In this document: piece after piece, positions 22,789 through 32,653 of the stretch | Numbering within the stretch: position 1 is the stretch's first letter | How the letters are laid out: every line of letters starts with the position of its first letter | NCBI GenBank assembly: GCA_021162505.1 | Contig: JAGGYO010000139.1 | Coordinates: 1-34,210, forward strand | DNA: 34,210 nt | Reading direction: 5' to 3' | Source: a bacterium | GTDB lineage: Bacteria > AUK180 | Translations under genes and position numbers: made by a program | The notes under the pieces: model-generated | The model's database searches: none | Told to the model about the DNA's origin: nothing | The model's input: the letters and a program-made list of their open reading frames with translations, nothing else

Positions 22789-23399
22789 CAATTGATCATC
22801 TCATAAAAGAACTAATGGAGGATTACGGGATATATAATAGAGAAATATTAAATGCAGTAAGAAAAATTGATCGGAAGCATTTTGTACCTGAAAAATATTC
22901 TCAAAGGGCTTATAAAAACAAGCCGATCCCATTAGTGAATGGACAAACTTCTACCAGACCCTCTACTATTTGTAGATTTATTTCAAAGATAGGGCCTTCA
23001 AAGGAAAAAACGGTCTTGGAATTAGGTACGGGGAGTGGTTATCAAGCTGCTCTCTTATCGGAACTTTTCGGCAGCGTTGTTTCTTATGAAATTGATGAAA
23101 CCCTATACTTATGGTCCCACGAACGATTGAAGATAAGGGAAAACATCACTCAATTCCATAAGAACCCCATGTCGGATTTTCAAGGCGGTTCTTTTGATGC
23201 CATAGTATTTTCTTTTTCAACACCTATAATTCCGGAATATTTAAAGAAAAGTCTCAAAGAAAATGGTATTTTACTGGCACCGTATGTCAAGGGGAAACAT
23301 CAATATTTATTGAATATAATAAATAAAAATGGTATAATAAAAAATGATTTTACAAATTATGAAACTTTTGTAAAGGTAAGAGGATTAATAAATGGATGA
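22785..23399 (+). CDS. pcm: Protein-L-isoaspartate O-methyltransferase
   Basis: 204-aa ORF with RKHFVPE...AYKNKPIPL.NGQTSTRP and the SAM motif VLELGTGSGYQAALL. It has an ATGA-type overlap with surE. Confidence 0.85.
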   Translation: MTIDHLIKELMEDYGIYNREILNAVRKIDRKHFVPEKYSQRAYKNKPIPLVNGQTSTRPSTICRFISKIGPSKEKTVLELGTGSGYQAALLSELFGSVVSYEIDETLYLWSHERLKIRENITQFHKNPMSDFQGGSFDAIVFSFSTPIIPEYLKKSLKENGILLAPYVKGKHQYLLNIINKNGIIKNDFTNYETFVKVRGLING

Positions 23400-24396
23400 A
23401 CGCTCATATTCCGAGATAAGAAAAGACCCTGTTATGGGCCGTTGGGTAATAATAAACAAAGATCCCGGATATATACCTGATCTCAATGAAAAAATAGTTA
23501 GACCGGAAAAAAAAGATAATTGTCCTTTTTGTGCAGGTAATGAGACAATGACCCCCGAGGAGATCATTTCTATTTCGCTAAATGACCATGACCCGTGGTC
23601 AATAAGAATAGTTCCCAATAAATATCCGGCATTGAACGGGAATCAAAACCTTAGTAAGGAAGGTATAGGTATTTTTGACAAAATGACCGGCTATGGTTTT
23701 CATGAGGTGGTGATTGAAAGCCCTCAGCATAAAAACAGTTTATCCGATCTATCAAAGGAGCATGTTTTCAATATCTTTAGGATCATTAAGAAAAGGATAT
23801 TAGAATTAAAGGACCAAAAAGATATTAAATATATTCTTGTTTTTAAGAACGAAGGCAGCTCCGCCGGAGCATCCATTGAGCACTCACATTTACAATTAAT
23901 AGGTACTCCAATTGTTCCTAAAAGGGTCCAGGAAGAATTAGATGGCTCAAAATTTTACTATGATTATAAGAAAAGATGCATATTTTGCGATATTTTAAAG
24001 GAAGAACATGGTTCAAAGGGTGAGCGAATTATTTATGAAAATGAGAATATGATCTCTATCTCACCTTATGCTGCAAGATTTCCCTTCGAGACCTGGATCC
24101 TTCCCAAATCGCATGCTTCCCATTTTGAAAACTCTTCTGATGAAATTTTAATGGACCTATCTGAAGTCTTACTGTTTTATTTAAAAGCGTTGGATAAAAA
24201 TCTTATAAATCCGCATTATAATATGATCCTTCACAATAGTCCTGTGAAAGAAGGGACGGAAAAACATTACCATTGGCATATTGAAATAATTCCAAAGATC
24301 AAAAAGATCGCAGGTTTTGAATGGGGAACGGGATTTTATATTAACCCCATCTCACCTGAAGACTGCACAAATGTCTTGAAAAGGAGAAGTGAATGA
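23392..24396 (+). CDS. GalT-family (HIT superfamily) hexose-1-phosphate nucleotidyltransferase
   Basis: 334-aa ORF. It has the RKDPVMGRWVII N-terminus, the CPFCAGNE zinc knuckle, and the HxHxQ active-site motif as EHSHLQLIG. Confidence 0.8.
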   Translation: MDERSYSEIRKDPVMGRWVIINKDPGYIPDLNEKIVRPEKKDNCPFCAGNETMTPEEIISISLNDHDPWSIRIVPNKYPALNGNQNLSKEGIGIFDKMTGYGFHEVVIESPQHKNSLSDLSKEHVFNIFRIIKKRILELKDQKDIKYILVFKNEGSSAGASIEHSHLQLIGTPIVPKRVQEELDGSKFYYDYKKRCIFCDILKEEHGSKGERIIYENENMISISPYAARFPFETWILPKSHASHFENSSDEILMDLSEVLLFYLKALDKNLINPHYNMILHNSPVKEGTEKHYHWHIEIIPKIKKIAGFEWGTGFYINPISPEDCTNVLKRRSE

Positions 24397-25862
24397 GGAT
24401 ACTTCACATTGCATCCGAAATCGAACCATTTATAAAGACCGGAGGATTAGCAGATGTATTGGGTTCTCTCCCGAAAGCATTAAAACAGTTAAAAAACGAA
24501 ATATATATTGCTCTCCCTTTTTATAAAGATCTTATCAACGAAAATTTGAAGCATAGGGGATTAAAATCAAAATTAAAGAAGATCAAGACCATTGATATTA
24601 AAATTTCCCTGAACAATAAGGAATTAAAAGGTCGTGTCCATTTTTGTAAATTTCAGGGGATAAATGTTTTTTTTGTTGAGAACAATGAATTTTTCAATAG
24701 GAAAAACCTATATACCCATATAATAGAAGAGGATGGTGAGGTAAAAGTTGCAGATTATGATGATAATTTATTGCGATTTTCGTTCTTTGCCCATTCCATA
24801 TTCTCCATAATTAAAATTTTTAAACTTGATCTTAATATAGTCCATTGCCATGACTGGCAAGCTGCACTTGTTCCCATACTGGCAAAAAATAATTATAAAT
24901 ATTTGATAAATGATAAAACCAATTTTATCTTTACCATTCATAATTTAGCTTATCAGGGAATATTTCCCAAAGAGCAATGGGCATATACAAAATTACCATG
25001 GAAATTATTCTCAATGGAAGATCTTGAATTTTGGGGAGATATAAACCTAATAAAAGGTGCCGTTAAATACTCTGATATCATTACCACTGTTTCCCCAACC
25101 TATGCAAAAGAGATACAGACCAAGGAATATGGCTTCGGACTAGATGGTTTTCTATCTCAGTATTCGCATCATTTACATGGTGTATTGAATGGTATTGATG
25201 TTGAATATTGGAATCCCAAAACGGATACTTTTATTTCCAATTATAACTATGATCTAAATGATACATCAAATAAGCTTATGCTTAAAATGGAGTTTTCCAA
25301 AAAGTACTTCAAACAGAATGCCTTGCCTCTAATTGGCATGGTAAGTCGTTTAACTGAACAAAAAGGGATACAATTTATTCTTGAAGACATGGATAAGATA
25401 ATGGAACTTCCTATAAATTTAATAATCTTGGGAAGTGGGAATAAAAATTTTGAAAATTCATTAAAATCATATGAAAAAAAGTATGCTGATAATTTTCATT
25501 TTGAAAATGGATATAATGAATCATTAGCCCATAATATTTATGGTGCCAGCGATTTCTTTTTTATGCCTTCTGTCTTTGAACCCTGCGGTCTTGGGCAAAT
25601 GATCGCGATGAGATATGGGAGCATACCTATTGTAAGAGAAACCGGCGGTTTGAAGGATAGTATAGTTCCCATAGAAGGGAACGCCGGCACGGGGATCGTA
25701 TTTAAAGAAAACTCATCGAAGGGAATATACAAAGCAATTAACAGTATATTTAATATGGATGATAAAAAGAGTATTATGAATAATTGTATGAAGATCAACC
25801 TATCGTGGAGAGCTTCTGCGAGAGAATATATGAAAATTTATGAGAGAGGAAAAGACCTATGA
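24393..25862 (+). CDS. glgA: Glycogen/starch synthase
   Basis: 489-aa ORF with MRILHIASEIEPFIKTGGLADVLGSLP, HCHDWQAAL, and a C-terminal EPCGLGQMIAMRYGSIPIVRETGGLKDS. Confidence 0.9.
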   Translation: MRILHIASEIEPFIKTGGLADVLGSLPKALKQLKNEIYIALPFYKDLINENLKHRGLKSKLKKIKTIDIKISLNNKELKGRVHFCKFQGINVFFVENNEFFNRKNLYTHIIEEDGEVKVADYDDNLLRFSFFAHSIFSIIKIFKLDLNIVHCHDWQAALVPILAKNNYKYLINDKTNFIFTIHNLAYQGIFPKEQWAYTKLPWKLFSMEDLEFWGDINLIKGAVKYSDIITTVSPTYAKEIQTKEYGFGLDGFLSQYSHHLHGVLNGIDVEYWNPKTDTFISNYNYDLNDTSNKLMLKMEFSKKYFKQNALPLIGMVSRLTEQKGIQFILEDMDKIMELPINLIILGSGNKNFENSLKSYEKKYADNFHFENGYNESLAHNIYGASDFFFMPSVFEPCGLGQMIAMRYGSIPIVRETGGLKDSIVPIEGNAGTGIVFKENSSKGIYKAINSIFNMDDKKSIMNNCMKINLSWRASAREYMKIYERGKDL

Positions 25863-28465
25863 AAAAAATAATGTTATTATTAATTGCAGTTTTTATTATT
25901 GTAAGCGGTTTCGCTGTTGATTTTGAGAAATATGAGGGTAAATATATCGAGAAGGTCATTCTGACCCACGATAAAAATTTATCAAATATAGATAATGATC
26001 TTACAATGATTCTAAGGGTTGAAGAAGGAACCACTTTTTCCATAAAGAATCTGAACGATGATATTAAGGATCTCTGGGATCTGGGTTACTTTAATAATAT
26101 AAAAGCAGAAGCTGACTGGGGAAAAGTGGGGCTTATAATTAAATTTGTCTTTGAAGATAAATACACATTGAAAAATGTATTATTTTCAGGTAATGACTCT
26201 TTTTCAGATAAAAAATTATTAAAAAAAGGGGAAATTTCAGATGAAAAGGGAAATTTGCCTCCCTATTATGACGAGTATTTCGCTTTGAGCGGATTAAAAC
26301 AATTAGTAAAATATTATCATAAAAAGGGATTTTTAAATGTCAAGATCAATTATTCTATTGAAAAACTTGAAGACAATAAAGTAAACTTGAAATATGAGAT
26401 AAAAGAGAACAATAAATTTTATATATCTCGGATCGAATTGGAAGGGAATGAAAATTTTAAAACGGCAAAACTTATAAAAATTTTAAAGATACACAAAAGA
26501 ACTATCATAAATCGTGGCTATTTTGATGAAAAGAATGTTGATAATGGTTTGAACAATTTAAGGGCATTTTACAAGGATAATGGTTATATTTCGGTGAAAG
26601 TTCTCCTGAAATCTACCGAGAAAGTGGACAATCATATTAAGATCGTCATAGGGATCGAAGAAGGTAAACCATTTAATTTCGGTGATGTCAATATCAGTTA
26701 TGCCAAGGACCAGATAAAACCTGTTATTAAAGTTAATAAATTAAATAATGCTGTTATCAATTACACCGGCAAACCCTATTCTGAAAACCTGTTAATGGAA
26801 ATAATCCAGAAGATCAGAAGCGGATTCACTAATATCGGATATCTATCCGTTGTGCTCAATAGTAAAAAAATATATGATCTTAAAAATAATAAGATCAATC
26901 TTATTATAAATATTGAGCAAGGTGAACAATTTTTCGTAAATTCAATTTCCATTAAACCATTGAACAAAGAAAAGATGAAGACAAAGGACTGGGTATTATT
27001 AAGGGAAATGTTTATAAAGGAAAAAGATCCATTCTCAGTAAAACTTCTACAAGAAACACAAAAACGACTTTTTAATTTGAACTATTTTGAGAACATTTAT
27101 CCCATCTATACGGAGATCCCAGGAACAAATAAGCTTGATATAATATGGTATGCACAAGAAAAACCCACGGGCAAAGCGCAAATAGGTGGTGGGTATTCCA
27201 ATGAGGAAAAATTTATCGGATTCGTTGAGATCGGGGAAGAGAACTTCATGGGCTATGGATATAAATTGAATTTTAAATATGAGCATAGTAAATATAAGGA
27301 TGATTTTAATTTGAGTTTTACTGATCCGTGGTTCTTGAATCCTTGGGTATTAAAAAAGCAATTGGCTTTTTCTATAAATGTTTACAAGACCTCGTTTGAT
27401 AGATATGAGTTATTCTATAAAGAGTATAAAAACGGTATTTCCCTGCGTCTGGGAAAAAATTTCTGGAGATACTATCAATTCAGTTTTGAAATAAAGCATG
27501 ATGAGATCCGTTTATCCGTCGATGATGAAAACAAATATGCTGCCCCTCAGGATGTTCTGAATAATCTGGGATGGAATGTTACCAATTCACTATCATTGGC
27601 TCTAATAAGAGATCACCGTGATTATTTCTTTAATCCGCAAAAAGGTACTAAATTTAGTTTTAATACAACATTTGCAGGAAATTTCTTGGGAGTTGGGAAT
27701 GATAAATGGATAGGTCTTGGAGGAAATGCTCACTATGTTAAAATGGTAACACAAGGGGAGTATTATTTACCTACATTTTGGAAATTCATCTTGGGAATGA
27801 GAATGAAGTTCGGATATATTTTAGGCACATCAAACCAACCTGTTCCGCCAATTTATGAAAGATTTTTTATTGGTGGTGATTATTCCGTAAGAGGTTATGA
27901 AGATAGAAGTATAGGATATACCGAATTATCTTATGCAAGGGAGAATTGGAAATGGGAGTATGCTAATTTTTCTACTATTTCCGGAAGATGGGTCATTATT
28001 AATCCCAATACAGGTGATTGGATAGACCCTTACTCCGGTATAATAATAGATAAGACCACCGGAAAAGAACAATACAGTTCGGTAAATGGAGGAAGATATC
28101 CTTCCTATGGTGTATCATATTATCCGACAGGTGGTACAAAAATATTCAATTTTAATATGGAATATAAATTTCCCATATATCAAAAACTATGGGGAGCGTT
28201 CTTTTATGATGCAGGGAATATTTGGAGTGATATTTATAGAGATACCAATGGTGACGGTGTTGTAGAAAAAGTTTATAGTGAACCTTTTTCAATAAATAAT
28301 TTTAAATTAGCACAATCTGTAGGTTTTGGCATAAGACTTGAAGTACCTATGCTGGGAGTTATTAGGGTGGACTATGGTTTCGGACTTTCCCACCCCACTA
28401 ATTCTGAGGTTGGAAAAAACTTTTCTAATACAAAATTACACTTTACTATTGGTAATGTGTTCTAA
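25859..28465 (+). CDS. bamA: Outer-membrane protein assembly factor BamA (Omp85 family)
   Basis: 868-aa ORF with a signal peptide, POTRA-type repeats in the N-terminal half, and an Omp85 barrel with the FFIGGDYSVRGY loop-6 motif. It ends in Phe (TIGNVF). skp-lpxD-fabZ-lpxA follow. Confidence 0.9.
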   Translation: MKKIMLLLIAVFIIVSGFAVDFEKYEGKYIEKVILTHDKNLSNIDNDLTMILRVEEGTTFSIKNLNDDIKDLWDLGYFNNIKAEADWGKVGLIIKFVFEDKYTLKNVLFSGNDSFSDKKLLKKGEISDEKGNLPPYYDEYFALSGLKQLVKYYHKKGFLNVKINYSIEKLEDNKVNLKYEIKENNKFYISRIELEGNENFKTAKLIKILKIHKRTIINRGYFDEKNVDNGLNNLRAFYKDNGYISVKVLLKSTEKVDNHIKIVIGIEEGKPFNFGDVNISYAKDQIKPVIKVNKLNNAVINYTGKPYSENLLMEIIQKIRSGFTNIGYLSVVLNSKKIYDLKNNKINLIINIEQGEQFFVNSISIKPLNKEKMKTKDWVLLREMFIKEKDPFSVKLLQETQKRLFNLNYFENIYPIYTEIPGTNKLDIIWYAQEKPTGKAQIGGGYSNEEKFIGFVEIGEENFMGYGYKLNFKYEHSKYKDDFNLSFTDPWFLNPWVLKKQLAFSINVYKTSFDRYELFYKEYKNGISLRLGKNFWRYYQFSFEIKHDEIRLSVDDENKYAAPQDVLNNLGWNVTNSLSLALIRDHRDYFFNPQKGTKFSFNTTFAGNFLGVGNDKWIGLGGNAHYVKMVTQGEYYLPTFWKFILGMRMKFGYILGTSNQPVPPIYERFFIGGDYSVRGYEDRSIGYTELSYARENWKWEYANFSTISGRWVIINPNTGDWIDPYSGIIIDKTTGKEQYSSVNGGRYPSYGVSYYPTGGTKIFNFNMEYKFPIYQKLWGAFFYDAGNIWSDIYRDTNGDGVVEKVYSEPFSINNFKLAQSVGFGIRLEVPMLGVIRVDYGFGLSHPTNSEVGKNFSNTKLHFTIGNVF

Positions 28466-28482
28466 TAAAAATGGAGGCGCTT

Positions 28483-29022
28483 ATGAAAAAGAGCTTTATT
28501 ACGATCTTGGTTTTGTTTTTTGTTGCAGGTATTTTTGCCACGGAAATCGGTTATGTTGATGCAATGACAGTATTCCAAAATACTCAAGAATTCCAGCAGG
28601 AATACACTAAGTTACAGGATTTTTTTAAAAATAAACAAGCAAGTATTGATGCTAAAAAGACCCAAATGCAGAATGAAATGCAGGCTTTGCAGAATCAATC
28701 CGAATTAATGGACAAAACGAAAAAAGAAGAAAAGCAACAAGAACTGCAGACAAAATATAATAATCTTATGCAAGAATACAATTCTGCACAACAGGAATTG
28801 AACCAGAAACAACAAACAATCATGGGAAAATTTCAAGCGAAATTAGCAGAAGCAGTCAGAAAGATAGCCGCAAGAGAAGGTTATGATATGGTGGTCTTAA
28901 AGGATGCTGTAATCTACGCAAATGTCGGTAATGATCTCACACCAATGGTTATTAAGGAAATGAATAAGGGTGTAGCTACATCTAATAAAACCTCAAAAAG
29001 TAAAAAGAAAAAAGGTAAATGA
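28483..29022 (+). CDS. skp: Periplasmic chaperone Skp/OmpH
   Basis: The ATG at 28483 lies 5 nt after GGAGG; the ORF is open from 28471. It has a signal peptide and a Q/K/E-rich coiled-coil body. Its position between bamA and lpxD is canonical. Confidence 0.8.
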   Translation: MKKSFITILVLFFVAGIFATEIGYVDAMTVFQNTQEFQQEYTKLQDFFKNKQASIDAKKTQMQNEMQALQNQSELMDKTKKEEKQQELQTKYNNLMQEYNSAQQELNQKQQTIMGKFQAKLAEAVRKIAAREGYDMVVLKDAVIYANVGNDLTPMVIKEMNKGVATSNKTSKSKKKKGK

Positions 29023-30041
29023 GCTATACCGTATCCCAAATTGTTTCTCACTTAGGTGGGCAGGTTCTTGGGGATATGGAAAGAGAAGTTTTATTCCCCA
29101 GAAATATAACGGATACTATTGAGGGTTCAATTACTTTTCTTGAGAATAGTATCTACAAAAAGTACCTCACTTCGCTTAAAAATGTAACTATCATTTTAAA
29201 GGGAGAGGATCATTCAGAGGGTTTGGAAAAAGATAATTCAATAATATTGACGGATTCACCTCAATTATACTACGGTAAATTACTTACTTTATTTGCTGAA
29301 AAAGATGAACCGGCACCTTTTATTTCCCCTCAATCGTATATTGATGAAAGCGTTAAATTGGGAAAAAATATTACTATTTATCCATTTGTTTTTATTGGTA
29401 AAAACTCTACTATTGGAGACAATGTTAAAATATATCCAAATGTGACCATACTTGCCAATTCGATTATCGGGAATAACACTCTCGTTTCATCAAATGTAAA
29501 GATATTTAAAAATACTAAAATAGGTAAAAATTGTTATATTGATCAAGGGGCTAGTATTGGCAGCAGAGGTTTTGGATTTCCAAAGGATAAAACCGGTCAC
29601 ACTAATGAGATCCCGCAAATAGGAAATGTCATTCTCGGAGACAATGTCTATATTGGCGCGAATACGACTATCGACAGAGCCACAGTAGAATCAACCTATA
29701 TTGGTGATAATACCAAAATCGATAATTTAGTCCAGATCGCGCATAATGTAAGGATTGGAAAAGAGTGTTTGGTAATTTCACAAAGTGGAATTGCGGGTTC
29801 AACGGAATTAGAGGATAATGTTATCATTGCGGCACAAGCAGGAATTGTCGGACATCTAAAACTTCAAAAAGGGAGTATTGTGGGTGCACAAAGTGGCTTA
29901 ACAAAAAGTATTCCTCCCGGTGAAATGTGGTCCGGATCACCTGCTCGTCCACATTTTGATGAGCTAAGGAAGGAGGCAATAATGAACAAATTACCTAAAT
30001 TATATAAAATGTTAATGGAGGTGTTACATGGAAAAAAATGA
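29019..30041 (+). CDS. lpxD: UDP-3-O-acylglucosamine N-acyltransferase
   Basis: 340-aa ORF with an N-terminal LpxD-type domain and long left-handed beta-helix hexapeptide repeats. It sits in the cluster position before fabZ. Confidence 0.85.
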   Translation: MSYTVSQIVSHLGGQVLGDMEREVLFPRNITDTIEGSITFLENSIYKKYLTSLKNVTIILKGEDHSEGLEKDNSIILTDSPQLYYGKLLTLFAEKDEPAPFISPQSYIDESVKLGKNITIYPFVFIGKNSTIGDNVKIYPNVTILANSIIGNNTLVSSNVKIFKNTKIGKNCYIDQGASIGSRGFGFPKDKTGHTNEIPQIGNVILGDNVYIGANTTIDRATVESTYIGDNTKIDNLVQIAHNVRIGKECLVISQSGIAGSTELEDNVIIAAQAGIVGHLKLQKGSIVGAQSGLTKSIPPGEMWSGSPARPHFDELRKEAIMNKLPKLYKMLMEVLHGKK

Positions 30042-30501
30042 AGGGATTGATATTCAAGGTATTTTAGAGCGAATACCCCATAGAATTCCATTTATTATGG
30101 TGGATAGGGTCGAAAAAATTTGGGATAAAAATATTGTGGCATATAAAAATGTTACCATAAATGAATGGTTCTTCCAAGGTCATTTCCCAACACATCCCGT
30201 AATGCCAGGTGTTTTAGTTGTTGAAGGAATGGCACAAGCCGCAGCTATTTTAATGGTAGAAAAATATAATCTTCCGCATGAAATGCTAATGTTTTTTATG
30301 ACTATTGATAAGGTTAAATTTAGACAACAGGTTGTACCGGGTGATAAACTTGTTTATGAAGTTGAGATAAAACATTTTTCAAAAGATCCCTATATGGCAA
30401 GAGGAAAACTTATTGGAAAGGCACTTGTTGATGGAAAAGTCGTTGCCCAAGCTGAAATGGGAGCTCTTGGTCGTACCCCTGAAATTAATAATGCCAAATA
30501 A
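30028..30501 (+). CDS. fabZ: 3-hydroxyacyl-ACP dehydratase FabZ
   Basis: 157-aa ORF with ILERIPHRIPFIMVDRV and FFQGHFPTHPVMPGVLVVEGMAQ, the hot-dog dehydratase signature. Confidence 0.9.
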   Translation: MEKNEGIDIQGILERIPHRIPFIMVDRVEKIWDKNIVAYKNVTINEWFFQGHFPTHPVMPGVLVVEGMAQAAAILMVEKYNLPHEMLMFFMTIDKVKFRQQVVPGDKLVYEVEIKHFSKDPYMARGKLIGKALVDGKVVAQAEMGALGRTPEINNAK

Positions 30502-31270
30502 TATCCATAAAACTGCAATTGTCTCACCCAAAGCAATATTAGAAGATAATATTTTTATAGGTCCGTATGCTTTTATCGGGGAAGATATTCATCTTGCAAA
30601 CGGTGTGAAGATAATGCATCATGCTTCAGTATACAAGAATACCACTATTGGAGAAGGTTCAATAATCTATCCATTTGCATCACTTGGTACAGCGCCCCAG
30701 GATCTGAAATATGCAGGCGAGACAGCATACTTGGAAATAGGTAAAAATACCACTATCAGAGAGTATTGCGATATTAATTATGCCACCGGTGAGGGCGAAA
30801 AAACCATAATTGGTAATAATAACCTTTTAATGGCATATGTTCATGTTGCGCATAATTGTATCATAGGTAATAATACTGTTTTAGCTAATGTTGCACAACT
30901 TGGCGGGCATGTTATTATTGAAGATCATGCCATCATAGGTGGTGTTGTGGGCATACATCAATTCTGCAGGATTGGAAAATATGCTTTGGTCGGTGCTTCT
31001 GCATTAGTACATAAAGATATTGTCCCTTATGCTCTTATAGATAGCAAGGGCGAAAAGGTTAGAGCGTTCAATATTATCGGCTTAAAAAGACATAATTTTA
31101 CAAATGAAGAGATCGATCTTGTAAAATCACTTTATAGGATCATGTTCCACTCACATTTAAATACAACACAAGCATTGAGCCGCGTGAAGGATGAGCTTGA
31201 TATTAATAATGAAATAATTTCGTATTTCATTAATTTCGTGGAATCATCTAAAAGGGGAATATTAGGGTAA
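30491..31270 (+). CDS. lpxA: Acyl-ACP--UDP-N-acetylglucosamine O-acyltransferase
   Basis: Start placed at the ATG at 30491 (MPNNIHKTAIVSPKA, typical LpxA N-terminus). It has hexapeptide repeats and a helical C-terminal domain. The upstream in-frame extension to 30413 lies inside fabZ. Confidence 0.85.
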   Translation: MPNNIHKTAIVSPKAILEDNIFIGPYAFIGEDIHLANGVKIMHHASVYKNTTIGEGSIIYPFASLGTAPQDLKYAGETAYLEIGKNTTIREYCDINYATGEGEKTIIGNNNLLMAYVHVAHNCIIGNNTVLANVAQLGGHVIIEDHAIIGGVVGIHQFCRIGKYALVGASALVHKDIVPYALIDSKGEKVRAFNIIGLKRHNFTNEEIDLVKSLYRIMFHSHLNTTQALSRVKDELDINNEIISYFINFVESSKRGILG

Positions 31271-32653
31271 ATGGAAGTTAAAATTTACAATACATTAACG
31301 GAGAAAGTAGAAGAAATCAAACCAATTGAAGATAACTTGATAAAGATGTATTCCTGCGGTCCTACGGTCTATGATTTTGCTCATATTGGCAATTTAAGAT
31401 ACTTTGTTTTTGTAGATCTACTAAAAAGAACACTTTTAAAAGCAGGATATAAGGTCTTTCAGGTTATGAACATTACGGATATTGATGATAAAATTATTCA
31501 GAGGGCAAATGAGAGGAAGATCGATTATAAGGAACTCGCAAAGACCTATGAAAAATATTTCTTTGATGATATAAAGAAATTAAAAATATTAATGCCGGAA
31601 AAAACGCCTCATGCAACGGAAGAGATCCCCACAATGGTAGAAATTATTTCCAAATTATTAAAATCCGGCATCGCTTATAAAAAAGCAGGTTCGGTCTATT
31701 ATAATATTGGAAAATATGCAGAATACGGTAAACTTTCAAAGCTTGATAGAAGAGAACTGAGACCCGGAGCAAGTGTCGATATTGACTCTTATGAAAAGGA
31801 TAATTCAGGGGATTTTGTGCTTTGGAAAGGTAAAAAGGAAAATGAACCGTTCTTTGAAACGGATTTTGGTGTTGGCCGACCCGGTTGGCATATAGAATGT
31901 TCTGCCATGAGTTATAGATATCTTGGGGAACAATTCGATATACATACAGGAGGAGTAGATCTTATCTTCCCTCATCATGAAAATGAAATTGCTCAATCGG
32001 AGATGTTCTGCGGGCATAAGACCGTAAATTATTGGGTACATTCGGAACATCTTCTTGTAGATGGAAAGAAAATGTCTAAGTCATTGGGTAACTTTTATAC
32101 CTTGAAGGACTTGCAGGAAAAGGGCTTTCCCCTCAATGCAGTAAGGTTATTGTTTCTCTCTGCACATTATAAGACACAATTAAATTTCACAATAAAAGGT
32201 TTAAAGGCATCCGAGAACACTATTAAGAACATAAACGAGTTCATTCAACGCCTCTATAGCTCGGGAGACGGAAAAAAGGATATAAGCGAGAGTATCGCTC
32301 ACCTTAAAGAGGAGTTCTTTACACATCTTTTTAACAATATAGATATCGTCAAATCGCTTGCAAGAATGCATGATATTGTTAATTTGGCAAATAAAACTGA
32401 GCTGGATAATTTGACAAGGTCGAGTAAATCAAAAATATTAGATGCTTTTAAAGAATTCAATGAAATTCTTCTGGTCTTTAATTTGGAAAAGAGTGAAATT
32501 ATACCACAAGAAATTAGATCATTAGCGGAAGAAAGATGGAATGCAAGGCAGGATAGGGATTTTGAAAGAGCGGACGACATAAGGAATAAACTTACGGCAT
32601 TGGGTTATATAATTGAAGATAAAAAGGACGATTTTATCATAAGGAAAAAATAA
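31271..32653 (+). CDS. cysS: Cysteine--tRNA ligase
   Basis: 460-aa ORF with the HIGH motif as AHIGNLRY, the zinc-site context GWHIECS, and the KMSKS motif as GKKMSKSLGN. Confidence 0.95.
   Translation: MEVKIYNTLTEKVEEIKPIEDNLIKMYSCGPTVYDFAHIGNLRYFVFVDLLKRTLLKAGYKVFQVMNITDIDDKIIQRANERKIDYKELAKTYEKYFFDDIKKLKILMPEKTPHATEEIPTMVEIISKLLKSGIAYKKAGSVYYNIGKYAEYGKLSKLDRRELRPGASVDIDSYEKDNSGDFVLWKGKKENEPFFETDFGVGRPGWHIECSAMSYRYLGEQFDIHTGGVDLIFPHHENEIAQSEMFCGHKTVNYWVHSEHLLVDGKKMSKSLGNFYTLKDLQEKGFPLNAVRLLFLSAHYKTQLNFTIKGLKASENTIKNINEFIQRLYSSGDGKKDISESIAHLKEEFFTHLFNNIDIVKSLARMHDIVNLANKTELDNLTRSSKSKILDAFKEFNEILLVFNLEKSEIIPQEIRSLAEERWNARQDRDFERADDIRNKLTALGYIIEDKKDDFIIRKK

Noticed and set aside
27899-28130. 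Long insertion after the VRGY loop-6 motif of BamA (~70 residues rich in Tyr, Gly, Trp and Asn).
   Set aside because: Surface loops of Omp85 barrels vary greatly in length between lineages, and E. coli BamA also has a sizeable segment here. It is not distinctive enough without an alignment.
30413-30490. Upstream in-frame extension of lpxA, which the ORF track starts at 30413.
   Set aside because: The extension lies entirely within fabZ and has no LpxA-like sequence. The ATG at 30491 gives the typical LpxA N-terminus.
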